NCBI GenBank assembly: GCA_964247055.1 | Contig: OZ176051.1 | Location: 7,378,001 to 7,442,000, forward strand | DNA length: 64,000 nt | Direction of reading: 5' to 3' | From: Paragordius varius | Taxonomy: Eukaryota; Animalia; Nematomorpha | Program-made: the position numbers and the translations under genes | In this document: positions 42,101 to 54,106 of the stretch, one piece after another | Position numbering within the stretch: position 1 is the first letter of the stretch | How the letters are laid out: each line of letters starts with the position of its first letter | Notes under the pieces: generated by a model | The model's database searches: none | What the model saw: only the letters and a program-made list of their open reading frames with translations | Told to the model about the DNA's origin: nothing

Positions 42101-44643
42101 AAAATTACTAATTTCATAAATCCCATATCGTATCGAAATTAGAAATGGGTTAAAAAAATATTTACCTTAACATCAAATTCATGAGTTGTAAGCCTTCACC
42201 ATCCAAAAACTTTTGACGATTCCCAGCATTCATCAAACATAATCCAAGACAATCAAACAGATTAAACATGTATTCTTGTTCTTCTGACGTATCTGGATCA
42301 TGTTTTTTATAAACCTAATATTCAGGGGTTAAACATTTGAAAGACATGGTAAAATAAGGCAGTTAATCAAAGCGCTAAATTAAATTAATGATTTAGAACG
42401 TTCTTACATATTTTTATGATAAAATAACGGTTTACAAAAAAACTAAAGCGCCCAATTATTTGAAATGCAGCAAATAAAGAAATTTAGTGCCCCTTTTAAT
42501 GCGGAACAATAATTAAAAATAGCTCATTATAAAATAAATAATATAAAAATATGGTTCCAAAGAGAACCGGCACTCTATTTAAAACAACTTTAAGGTCATA
42601 TTGTTATCATGAAAAGATGCTACCTAACATCAATAAAAACGTTAAATAGTGTATTTAGCTCTAATTATTTAACCTTATCCACATGATAGAATACCCTAAA
42701 CTATATTTCGATCAAACAATAAATTTAATATGCAAATTTAGTTAAAGGCATGTTATTTTCATTGCTAAATTTCTAATCTATTGGTTTTAAAAGGTTTTAA
42801 ATATATGGCTCTATCTTAAACTAGTCAAATTTTGCCACGACTTATGCATCAAACCAAATAAGTAATTGTTATTAACTTACTGCTAATTGCCTCAGTAAAA
42901 GATCAATTCCGCCACACTTTTCAACGTAAGCTCGGTTACCTTTAATAACAAAATTAACAATTATTATTATAAAATCAATAAACATAATAAAAGGTTTAAA
43001 AAGAGCCAAAATTACCTTCATGACTCTGTAATAGGATGGCTAATATTTCGCTCGCATATAATTTATTTGCATCGAACGGTAGTTTTAGCTAAAAAATATC
43101 AAAATTACAAAAAAACAGAAAAAATAAAAGTAGTAAAATAGGTTAACCAATTGGTAAAATATAGCATACCTTGAAACGTTTTAAAAGCCATGATATAAGT
43201 TCTTCTTTTACCGGGCTCCCGTCTTTAATGATGGTCGGATCAATTTCGGTCAAATTTTCAATGATTGCTGCAAAGAATAAAAATTATGGTGATTAGTAAA
43301 TTAATTGAACTCAATTTATATGTAAAGTCTTACCTAATGAATTGTAGACCCCTGTGCTTTCCTCTTTTACACTTTCATCTAATCTCTCCATATTTTGAAT
43401 GAGGGATTGAATAATTTGAGCGTTAAGCTATTAGATGGGAGTATAAATTTAAAATTTTATAATTGATTAAATTTTATGGCAGATGATGTTTTGTGGAACT
43501 GTTATAAATGTTAAATGGTTTTTGGTCAAAAATCAGAATAAAACACAAGACACACAAAAAATTCTTATAAAATATAAAGATATTCTGGCAAAAAATGTAT
43601 AAATATGTCCGATTTATTTTGGGGCTTAAGAGTCATTAATATCAAAAAAATTGCGAACATTATGTTAAAAAAATTTCATCGAAAAAAGCTTCTTAAATAT
43701 TTTTTTACATACACCTAAAATTATAATAAACTTAACACCTATTAAATCTAATATTTTGGTAAGATCTTCAAAAAATAACTATGTTCTAATTCTCTCGAGT
43801 TGAGCTGTTGTTTTAAAATAGTTAAATATCCGGGAAAGCAAAAACATTTAACAAGTGCTAGATAATTAAAATATATGTTTTGAAAATGATACATAGCTTT
43901 AATCAACTTTTAGCAAAATTAAATTATCCATTGTATTAAACCAAAAAATTTCAACATATTATAAAAACACATTTTATAGTTGATGTCGCTTAAGATTCCT
44001 CACTGAATTTTAAAGCTTGCCCGTCACCAAATTTCTAATACATATGATCATTAAAAGAAATATATTTTCCAAAGAAAAATTTAAATAATCACCAAAGATT
44101 GAACAAAAGCGTTGAAGGAGTCAAATATTTCGGGATTTTCTAAAAACAAGCCTTCAGACGCGTTTAAATCTGTCATTTCTTGAATTAATTCAATCATTGC
44201 GTTTGCAATGTCAGAATTTTCATGGCTTAACAAACTAATCATAGATGGAATGATATTGAGATCAACAAGTATATTGTAAAGGTGGGGAACTGTGGACAAT
44301 ATATGCATTTCTTGAATGATTCCATGTAAATTTAATTCAGAGTCAAAAAATCTAAAGTTTATAAACTATGATACTTTTCTGGGTTATCACCAAATTTAAT
44401 CCGCAATTCTTGATTTTTTAATATTCTTTTTTCGAAAAGAAGCAGCATTCGTTTGAGTGAGGCTTCGTCAAATTCTTCGGCATCATCTACATTATCATCC
44501 TCCAATAATTTTAAAATATCTTTTTGTGATTGCGAATTATCTTCACTTATTTTGGCTCTTTTAGCTTCTTTTGATTCTTCCTCGTTAGCTCTTTTAAGGT
44601 TTTGATCGGGTTTGAAAGCGACAATTTCAGAAACATCGACCAT
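36184..44643 (-). CDS. CTNNBL1: Beta-catenin-like protein 1 (Prp19/CDC5L spliceosome complex), 12 exons
   Basis: Exons 44643-44375, 44351-44093, 43427-43334, 43267-43170, 43088-43016, 42939-42881, 42314-42166, 37783-37539, 37385-37261, 37157-37077, 36695-36479 and 36269-36184. All introns are GT-AG and in phase. The translation tracks human CTNNBL1 throughout (DNPEKFFDSE, PFDANKLYASEILAILLQ, GEGLQLMNLMLREKK, LGLRTVFPLFMK, EEEFYLKRLEAGL, EYAGNLG...IDKF*). Confidence 0.97.
41327..41370 (-). ncRNA. Minimal type I hammerhead ribozyme (Penelope/retrozyme-like)
   Basis: The minus strand reads GTGTGG-CTGATGA-GTCC-ACAACAA-GGAC-GAAA-CGCG-TC-TCACAC. The core CUGAUGA/GAAA is intact, with a 4-bp stem II, palindromic ACGCGT stem III, a GUC cleavage triplet and a 6-bp stem I. 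Confidence 0.88.
41528..41571 (+). ncRNA. Second minimal type I hammerhead ribozyme, inverted copy
   Basis: TTGTGG-CTGATGA-GTCC-ACAACAA-GGAC-GAAA-TGCG-TC-TCAAAC. The core and stem II are identical to the other copy. Stem I has mismatches, and stem III has a U-G pair in place of C-G. Confidence 0.8.
44352..44374 (-). other. 23-nt GT-AG intron (CTNNBL1 intron 1)
   Basis: Sequence GTATCATAGTTTATAAACTTTAG. Removal gives DNPEK-FFDSELNL (human DNPEK-FMESELDL). Retention gives an in-frame TAA. Confidence 0.92.
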
Positions 44644-44869
44644 CTTGATAAATGAAAGAAAACCAATTCAGATAAATATTATAATTTTACAAATCAGTAA
44701 TAAATTTTATTATACAGTGATTTCACTTGACAAAAGATGCATGTTTTCTTAACATATAAATTTTTGGGGTAGTTAGTTCCCAAATCAATCTATTAAAATC
44801 TTTTAAACCAATTAAAAATATTAAGCCGAAACTATTTTTAGATTTTGAATATATATCCAACTAATGACA

Positions 44870-45060
44870 GGCTAGGTTGAAGGATCCAGGAAACGTGGAC
44901 GCTGCAAGATGCGCTGGATCGAAAACCTAAACAAAGAAACCAATCTCTCTTTACAACAGCTAACATCACTCGCTTAAATCGAATAAACTGGAGAAAATAT
45001 ACCTTCGAAAAAGCAATAAATCGAGAACGATCTTTGCTATAATAATAATAATAATATTCT
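44870..45060 (+). mobile_element. Possible 3' remnant of an RTE-like LINE
   Basis: An open stretch RIQETWTLQDALDRKPKQR...INWRKY...NRERSLL* is followed by a (TAA)n tail at about 45039-45056. The motif resemblance is weak. Confidence 0.3.
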
Positions 45061-45744
45061 AATATTACCCCAATATGCCATGAACAAAGGAATGAAAACG
45101 TCATAAAGTGCTAATACTTTATCTATTGTAATTTCATAAGATTTACATAGGTTAAAATTGTAATAAAATATATAACATTTAACGGCAAAAATGGAAAGAA
45201 TAGATGCTATGGCTCATATTTTAGCTAGGCTATTAATATAGAAAGAAAGTTTTTTTTCTTTAGTGCACACAAAATATGGAATAATATATAATTTCTGATA
45301 GAATAATGTATAAGGATTCTGTCGGTGTGATTTTTAAGTTTAATGAATGATATTGGAAAAATATTTACCATTTAATTGTTCCATAAAAATATGAAAATCA
45401 ATTTTATTATTTTTCTCTTTTCTCATCATATTGTAATGACTTAACGGCATTTGATGAGCCATATATCAGGCCTTTTCTAGATCAAATACTCGATTTGCTA
45501 AAATCAAATGACTCAAATACATTGGTCAAAACTTAGGGTGGTAAAATTTAAGGCTACAAATTTTGTAAAGTTCTAAAACACATAATTCTCATTAGAGTAA
45601 AAGAAAAATATATAATTTAACCTCAAAAGTAGTTTTCGAACTTTTATAAATGTCTGCAAATATACTTTAACACTGAATTTCAGAAAAGTTAAAATATTTC
45701 ATTAACTCCCCTTATACTAACTTCGGATTATAACAAAACAACTT

Positions 45745-48250
45745 AAGTGGGTCAACGAATAAACATATTTAGATACAATTATCAACACTTCAAGTTCCAG
45801 CCCAGACAAAAAAGACGTATAGTTATAGCCAAATCCACTTTGGCCCTACAAGCGATGGAAATCTCATGATATACATCTAAAAACTAAAATCCGATTAATA
45901 AACGCCTTAATATCTCCTAACATGATATAGGGTTGTGAAAGCTGGACCATTAAAAGTGATGACGAGAAAAGAAAACGCTTTAGAGTCAGTGGCGTACCGA
46001 GGGGGAGGGGGGCAAGGGGTTGCATCATGCCCCGGGCGCGGTTATTTAGGGGCGCTTAAATGATTTTTTTAAATTAAATTTAATGCAAAAATAATAATAA
46101 CTTTCAAGTAAGATTTTTCAGCAATTTACGTAATAATCCCTAATAATATAAAAATTTTATAAATATCAAGAGCAAACATTATGCAAAAAACAATTTTCAT
46201 GTAGGTATTCCCTTCAACAACTCAGCGGTTGCGCAAATAGGAAACGAAAAATCCAGGGATAAAATAAAACAAATAAAATGCCAATGTGTATGAAATCTTA
46301 TTTAACAAAAATATCTGACCATAACATTGAAAAAAGTGTATGCGACACTTAACGGTACCCCTTAATAATAATAGTCACTTAAATACACCTGAAACCCTAG
46401 TTATATCCAATAAATAGAGATGAGAGTACTACAAATATATCATAAATATTTCCAAGCGCTATACCTACAGAGTTAATGATATCGCCTTTTTAAAATTTAC
46501 TAAAAATAATGAGCCCGTAATGTTTAATCAACTCACAGAAGTGACTCGTGGATCTCAAGGATTTAAAATTAAATGCAATCTCTTAACTGAAAATCATCGT
46601 TCAATGACTCAAACTTAGTTTTTTTCGACGTGTCGATAAAAAACAAGGATTTGAAGTTGAGAGGTCTTAACTAAAGAAGAGATCTGCGTATTGTTTTTAT
46701 TGTCTACTTTTTGATCGATCTAATTCTTTACCGTCATCTTTTACTACGCATGGTAATAAATGGAGGAAAGATAAATTAATCCATTATGAAAAACCTCAAT
46801 CATCGGAAAGGATTTAATACTTGGAAAGCCAAAAGATTGTTAAATAAAACAGGAGTTGATTCTGCTCTAGAAGCTCACATACAATCGGAAAGGGATCGAT
46901 GGCGAAATATTTTACACCGAATATAGGCCTGAATTTCCAATTTTTTCGAGAACATGTTGAAAGTATAATCTAGATGACTTAGCACCTTACTAAAACTTGT
47001 AGCTCAGTTTGACCCAATAATGGGAGAACACATGGGAAACATTGAATCTCCTAATTTATCCTATGTTTCACCCGAAATCTAAAATGAGTTTATACTTAGC
47101 TTCAAGAGTTAAAGCTAAAATGATCTTTGACATAAAAAAGTAAATATTATGGAATTATATTAGATTCAACGCCAGATATTGCCCACCGAACAAATGTCTC
47201 AAGTTGTCAGGTATGTGTTTATTGATTATGAGAAAAAGAAAGTTGTCTTAAAAGAATTATTTTTGGGTTTTTTTAGTTTGTTCAACAAAGATATTTGTGA
47301 ATTGAAAAGGTAATTTTACACTAAATATGGATAATATTCAGTTATCAAATTGTGGATCTCAATGCTATGATGCAGCTGCGATGTCGGGTCACATTTTAGG
47401 CGTTCCCAAAGAATTCTGGAATAAAATAAAAGAGCAATATTTGTCAGCCGCCACAAATATTCCATGAATTTAGTAGGAGTCACGGTAACAAAACAAGATG
47501 TTATTGTTATGATATGCTTCGGAATAATTGAAAATATCAATCTTTTTTTCACGTTCTACTATATTAGATGGGACCTCTTAAAAAATAAACTAAAAAATGT
47601 TAAACGTGAGTCTGAAACCCGATGGAGTGCTAGAATTCAAGCAGTTAAGTCATTGTTGAGGATATAGATGATTTAGAGCTGTTAAAAGATTTAAGTAAAA
47701 ATACAAATACTAGTGAAACGAGAAGTGAGGTATCCGTTTTACTTCGGAATGTTTTAAATTTCATTTTTTTAACATTAATTTTTTTGGCATCAAATACCTA
47801 GAAGAATCGATAGGGTTCAACATATATTGCAAGATCCTAAAATTAATTTTAATGAAGAATTTAAGGACGTTTGTATTATTTTTAATAAATTGTTTTATTA
47901 GCTTTCAAAAGAGGGGGGGGGGCATAAGAATTTTATGCCCCGGGCGCCGCAAACGCTCGTAACGCCACTGTTTAGAGTTCTGCTGTAGGAAAATACTCGA
48001 TATAATATGGAAGGTCAAAGCGAAGAACATTGATATTGTAATCAAATCAACGCACAAAGAGGCTTCGTGGTAAAATAATAAAACAAAAATTCGGTTACTT
48101 TGGACACATAATTCGAGGACATTCTCAAAAGGATATAAAGTTAGGAAAAGTAAATGACAAGAGAGGAAGAGACAGAAAACGTATTCGTTGGAACGAAATT
48201 ATAAAATTAATGGTCGATAATTATTGACCACAAGCTCAAAACAACATTTA
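45745..48250 (+). mobile_element. Decayed RTE-clade non-LTR retrotransposon (RT C-terminal region), split by a hAT insertion
   Basis: Left of the hAT: VNE*TYLDTII...RRIVIAK...TKIRLINALISP...GCESWTIK. Right of it: CCRKILDI.W...GYFGHIIRG...GKVNDKRGRDRKRIRWNEII. These are typical RTE motifs, with stops and frameshifts. Confidence 0.8.
45987..47970 (+). mobile_element. hAT DNA transposon (Tip100/ZMYM1-like transposase), internally deleted and decayed
   Basis: TIRs CAGTGGCGT...ACGCCACTG and a perfect 8-bp TSD TTTAGAGT (45979-45986 and 47971-47978). Relic peptides include GFNTWK, VAQFDPIM.EH...SYVSPEI*NEFI, ILDSTPDIAH.EQMSQVVRYV, CYDAAAMSG and SETRWSARIQAVK. Confidence 0.95.
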
Positions 48251-48809
48251 TTCTCTTACTATTCATAAGGATCAAAGAGGCGTAATGTCTTAACATGGCT
48301 CTTAACTTTGTAAATTATATTAGTATAATTATAAATAGAATCCTATCACTATCCCCGCAAAGCCTACCTATCATAATAGACATAATTGTAGTATATTGTG
48401 GTATTGTAGTATAGTGCTAATAAGCAAGCACAATCTAAATTATTTAAATATCTACCTCGCTATATATTCCGATTTTTCCTAATCGCTAAAGATTTGGATA
48501 TCTTTATGCCGCTCTTAAAAGATATATGCGACGAAAGGTCATTAGGCATCGTTAAAACATGCACGGCGATTTATTAAACATCTGATTAATATATGCCTCA
48601 AAAGTTACGGCAACTTAAAATATATTCCATGTTTAAAGGGTAAAATTATGTAAAACCCTATTTTTGCCTTAATTTATTGTTTTAATTTAATTGAGTGTGA
48701 CATATTAAGATTTTATATGATGTTTTAACAATCAAATAATTGTATCTTGTTCTAATAATTTCAAACACAATTTAATAATTAACATACTTTAAAGTGAACA
48801 TATATTCAA

Positions 48810-49655
48810 ATGAAAATGATAAAAACAAAGGTAATCCTAATTTGGTCATTTTTATCCGTTCTGCTTTTTCACATTTATACGATTGAGGGAAAAGCCCCAC
48901 CACCACCAGCTAAGACCACCAAAAAAGATATCAAGAAACCACCTGAGCCAAAAGGTAAATCTGAAGTACCGCTTGTTGGTTCAACTCCACATCATTCAAC
49001 AACAAAAAGTGCCGGTTTTAAGTGTCCAGTTCCCCCTAAGGTGACTTCGTGTAAGTGCCCACCAAAAATCAAACCTCTCCTCATCAAAGATGTTCATGGT
49101 TGTGAAATTTGTTCATGTACGGGTATGACAACTCATCCGGCCAAAGTTGAACATGTGTCTAGCACGCCGACTCTCTCGGTCACAATCAAAAATGAAACAA
49201 GTAATAACATGGAGGAAGGAAAAAGCAATGAAGGCGCTAACTCTAAAAATTTGACAAATCCCCACGGTTCTTCATCCGAAAACGGAATGGGAATGGGTGA
49301 ACTGCCAAGCGTAACACAAGGAGGGATATCAGTTGAACCACAAACTCCTAATGTTTCAATTTCGTCTTCCATGCGATCACAAGAAGTAGGAGGGATGGGA
49401 TTGCAATCTACGGTCAAGCGGGAAGTTTTGAAACAAGAAAATGCACCACAAACTACACATGGCGGCGAAAACCCTACTTTACCGCCAATGAGTAGTTCCC
49501 ACCCTGTGTCATCTTCCATAGAGGTGATGACCAAACCTTCTACAAAACATCCTGGGAAGAAAAGTTCAAGTTTGAGTCAATGGAAAACTACGAATCCCTT
49601 TAAAATTATATTGATTGGAAGTTTTAGCTTGATAATAGGATTGCTACTTTTATAG
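48810..49655 (+). CDS. Secreted/surface mucin-like protein with one antistasin-like Cys motif and a probable GPI signal, 281 aa, intronless
   Basis: Hydrophobic signal peptide, Pro/Lys-rich segment, CPVPPKVTSCKCPPKIKPLLIKDVHGCEICSC, Ser/Thr/Gly-rich stalk and a C-terminal hydrophobic tail with no cytoplasmic residues. The ORF is uninterrupted and richer in GC than its background. Confidence 0.85.
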   Translation: MKMIKTKVILIWSFLSVLLFHIYTIEGKAPPPPAKTTKKDIKKPPEPKGKSEVPLVGSTPHHSTTKSAGFKCPVPPKVTSCKCPPKIKPLLIKDVHGCEICSCTGMTTHPAKVEHVSSTPTLSVTIKNETSNNMEEGKSNEGANSKNLTNPHGSSSENGMGMGELPSVTQGGISVEPQTPNVSISSSMRSQEVGGMGLQSTVKREVLKQENAPQTTHGGENPTLPPMSSSHPVSSSIEVMTKPSTKHPGKKSSSLSQWKTTNPFKIILIGSFSLIIGLLLL

Positions 49656-50127
49656 ACCATACTATACCATACTAACAATCTATTAGCGAGACGTTATGAT
49701 TAGATAATATTTTATTTTACGTTCCTATATTGACTATAAATATAAAAATTATTAATGATTCTACACAATGTATCTCTTCAAATAAATGTATACGTATATG
49801 AATTAATTGATTATGTGTTTATATTTTTATTACATTATAATTTTGCCCAAAAGTGTTTTTTTCTTAATAATAAGAATAACAATAGATAGATAACATTAAT
49901 TGATTTAATAGAATAAACAATATATGCAATGCACAAAGATTGATAAAATGCATTTACGATTTGTTATATATCTACTTAAATAAACATATCCTTGTAGTCT
50001 GAAAAATATTTACCGCTAAATTATTTTTAAAAAACCTAACTAAATAAAACAAGGCGCAAAAATAATAATTAAATATGTTTTTTCGAAGAATTTATTTGCC
50101 TCAAATATAAAAATTATCTGTTTCGAA

Positions 50128-52599
50128 ATGTTTTCGGATAGTATCAAAAATGTCACTATTTATATACTTGCTTTATCTTTTTTGAATCTTTTAATCTTTA
50201 CTTTTTCTATAACTACCCTTAGTTGTCCTAATAATTTTCCAATCCAAGGCTGCATTTGTAAACCCATCAATGATTCCAAATTAACAAATCACTTTGAAGT
50301 TACATGTAGTCAGGTAACAGGACAAGATCGTTTATTTCAAATTTTGGAAACATTTGATAATCACCCAAACCGAAATGACTCATCGACTAATGTTGAAGAA
50401 ATCATCATTCATATTAATTTAATTCTGGAACGATGTAGATTCAATGCATTTAATATGGTGAAAACACCATATCTTCGCCATATAGCGATTAATGAATTAA
50501 GGCTTATATTTCCTTCCATTATGTTGATTGGGGAAAATGTGTTTAAAACGATAGCGCCAGAACTTAAAACTTTAATTGTAATGGATAGGATATACCCTTC
50601 ATCACTCCAAAACGGTAATATGGAGGCATTATTGCGATCAATTAGTATGCTAAAGGGCCTTAATCAATTAGAAATGATGTTGCCACATATGATGGAATTG
50701 AACATGTCTATGTTCAATGAATTGTCAAATTTAGATCATTTAGTTTTGTTAGCACCAAATTTACATACTGTGCATTCATTTCACCAAGATAACATGCTAA
50801 ATGTTACCACGCTTATGTTAACGACAAAATTGCCATACATCCTACGAGACGGGATAAATTATAAGCAATTACAAGTCCTAAGTTATTCTACGAATGAAAT
50901 GAGCACCCTTAATCCCAATGTGTTTGCAGGGGCTTTGAATTTGAAATCGCTTATTTTGCAGGATACTTCGTTGGAGACACTCCCATCCACCAATATATTC
51001 GCAATGATGCCAGCGTTAGAGGAGTTACATTTAACGCATAATAAAATTCATACACTTTCACCCTTTTGTCCATGGCCTAGTCCTGGAAAAAAGGATTCAG
51101 ATAATGATGATGAGGTTTTATATCCGATAAACAGAGATTATGATTCCAATAAACTAGTAGTTTCCAAATTGAAACAAATTGATTTACGATCCAACAAGTT
51201 GAAAGATAAAACTTTGGGCCCAGAACTGTTTGATAATTGTGTAGCGTTACGTAAAATTGGCCTTGATGCCAATGAGCTAAGTCATTTACCATCAAATTTA
51301 TTTGATTCAGTTGCTGAACAAATTAGTACACTTCAATTGGCACATAATAAGTTTGATGATATACCAATATCCGTAACATCCAAGCTCAAAAATTTAACTC
51401 ACTTATATTTGCAAAATAATAATATACGCCATTTCCCGCAACATGCGTTCACTGATAACACACAATTAAAAGTTCTGAATTTAGGTTTTAATAAATTAAC
51501 ACAACTAAATTTTACACGGGGTGACATGTATCACAATACGCTCCAATACTTAATTTTGAAAAACAATGAATTAACATCGTTTCCCTATGGTTCGCTTGCC
51601 GAGTTCACACAACTTGAATCGGTAGATATTTCTGGTAACAGAATAACTGGCATAGATGGGCTTTTGGATTTTTTGCTTTCTTCCAGTTTAAGCATCCAAA
51701 TTAGATTAAATGGTAATGAGATTTTTTTATGTTTTTTCTAAAAACGGGCACACCTTTAAATGGTATAAAATGAAAAAATCAATTTGGAAAGCAATTTACT
51801 TATATAAATAAATAAATTCTATTTATAACCCGTCAAGTCTAAGTTTATCAATCCATAAATTCCTATAAATATATCATGTAATTAATTTCCAAATATACCC
51901 CAAGCGCTTTTCTGTTATAAAATTGAGTTATAAAGACTTTTTTTAGCTGACATTAAAAAATATTATATATGAATTGTTCCAAAGGCTACTTTATATAAAT
52001 ATTGTATTAATTGTTTAGATAATCCAATTATATGCGATTGTCACGTTTATGACTTCCTGACCTGGTATTACTATGAATCAAATGAACTTGACGGGGAAGA
52101 AACTTTTACTCTTGAAGCCAGTTGTTCAAATCCAACATTTGGTATAAGTAACTCACGCCTACCCAGTCATCGATTATTAGTTCAATTGGATCGAATGTGC
52201 CATAATCGACAAAATGTGACTACAAACGTAAATACTACGAAACCCGGTATGAAACCTATAAATAATATACAACCGATAATAACTTTTAAAACATTTGCCC
52301 TCAAGAAACAAGATTCAGGATTGAAACGAGCCCATGACATACTTAAAATATTGGCAATTAGTGCTTCAGCTATAATACTTCTAACTTTAATTTGGATATT
52401 AGGAAGTAGGGTAGGTTCGCCCAAAGGCATTCAAATGAAATCATGGATATCTACGCAAACATCCAATCTAAGAAACCAAGGGAAGAGGCGAATCAATAAA
52501 GTATGGAATTCGACCCAAACTTCAGACACTACGCGGCTATCCACACATTTTCACGAACAAGAATTAACAGTCAAGTCTAATAATAAGGATAATTTATAA
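50128..52599 (+). CDS. Extracellular leucine-rich-repeat type I transmembrane protein, about 721 aa, 2 exons
   Basis: Exons 50128-51712 and 52019-52599 (phase-1 GT-AG intron). Signal peptide, LRRNT (CPNNFPIQGCIC), many LxxLxLxxNxL repeats, LRRCT (NPIICDC...CSNP), TM ILAISASAIILLTLIWIL and a short tail with no TIR domain. Confidence 0.92.
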
Positions 52600-53391
52600 A
52601 AATATAGCAATTTAATATAAAAACTATGGCGCTTTTTTAGTTGCAATTTTTTTATACAAATCTAAAATAATACTCTAATATTATTATATATCTATTTTTT
52701 ATTGATGTTAACTTCAGTTTTAAGAGATAATGGGTATAAAAACACCTTTGTTGGTTTAGATCAAGGATATTCCGAAAAAATTTGGATTACAAATTTTTAA
52801 CTTTGCTCACGAAATTTTGATAAAATTTGATATACCTCAAATAAGTGTTCAATTTAGTCTTTCCAATTAGCGAAGACCTAAAATTGGTGATAGCTTATTA
52901 ATGCTCCAATACTATTTAAATGCGGCTCATTAGTTTTTTGAGTGAAATTGGCGGTACCCTGGTTCAAAAGCGATGTCAGAGTGTTTTTTAAAATTAATGA
53001 TGTTTTATGAGCCCAATGTATATTATTTGAATTGAAAAATATATCCCGATTTACAAATTGGAAAAATTGTATTTATAAATAAATCTATTAGTAGGCCACA
53101 CAATTCCCGGTTCCGCAGTTTAACTCTGTGCAAAATTTCATTCCTTTAACATTCTAACGTAAAACCATAAAAGATTTTAGTAACTCAACTAAAAGCATAA
53201 AAAGTAAAATTTTTGATTAAATTATTATTCGCATGCTGATACAATATTTATACAAATTGATTAAAATATTAATTTGATAAGGGGTAAATTGTTATGGAAT
53301 AACAGGCAAAATAAAATCCTTTTTTTATCAACCAAGAGATAAAATGATCAGTTTTACTAAAGCACCAGCTCTTTTTATTTCTTGCCATATA

Positions 53392-53542
53392 CAGATGCAT
53401 TTTAATGGTTGCTTATTTACTATACTAGGGCAATTTGCAACACAGGAGTGTATGGAAAAAAGAAAGGAAATAATTGGTTATCCAACATTTTTTTTTCATA
53501 CATGTGTTGTATAAAAATAAGCACCCATTAAAATGCATACTG
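53392..53542. mobile_element. Tc1/mariner-type MITE, 151 bp
   Basis: CAGATGCATTTTAATGGTTGCTTATTT...AAATAAGCACCCATTAAAATGCATACTG, flanked by TA on both sides. Confidence 0.75.
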
Positions 53543-54106
53543 TAATACATTTTTATTATGATTTCTTCAATTAATACTTCAATCACATAACTATACTAAA
53601 TATATATTTGATGATATTACGCCTGAGAGTTAGAGGTATACTTTTAATATGGGAAATATGCGCCTTAAATCGAAATTAATTATAATCACCCTAAAATGCA
53701 AGTCATAAATAGAAGTATCCTTTAAAGCCACCCTAGTCATGTAAAATATAAATTGGTCATATGCGATTAATCTCCAAATTATTGTAAATTAATTATATTG
53801 TCGGAATAAATCATATTCCTATCAAAAAAATCGCAAAATTCCGATATCATATACTCAAATACTTAAAATTTTTATATGAATTTATCTAAAGATTTGTGTC
53901 AAGGTTTTACTAAACTAAAAATCCAGATATCAAATAAATAATAGGGTAAAAACCTAGAGTCTAAAATTCTTCCAATAATGATTATAATATTATTAGTTAG
54001 ATATTAACGTAAATACAAACCCAAAAATTATCAATAAATTACACAGAATTTATTTTAAGCTTTTGTGACTCATAAATAAATATATATATTTATAAACTGG
54101 ACGCGG

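Noticed and set aside
49133-49534. 133-aa minus-strand ORF, and similar ORFs at 19123, 17857, 37510, 37541, 51077, 52182 and 63214
   Set aside because: These are shadow frames opposite well-supported coding exons.
52142-52166. 25-nt GT...CAG candidate tiny intron in the LRR-TM gene
   Set aside because: The unspliced frame is open and continuous into the TM segment, whereas splicing creates a TAG four codons later.
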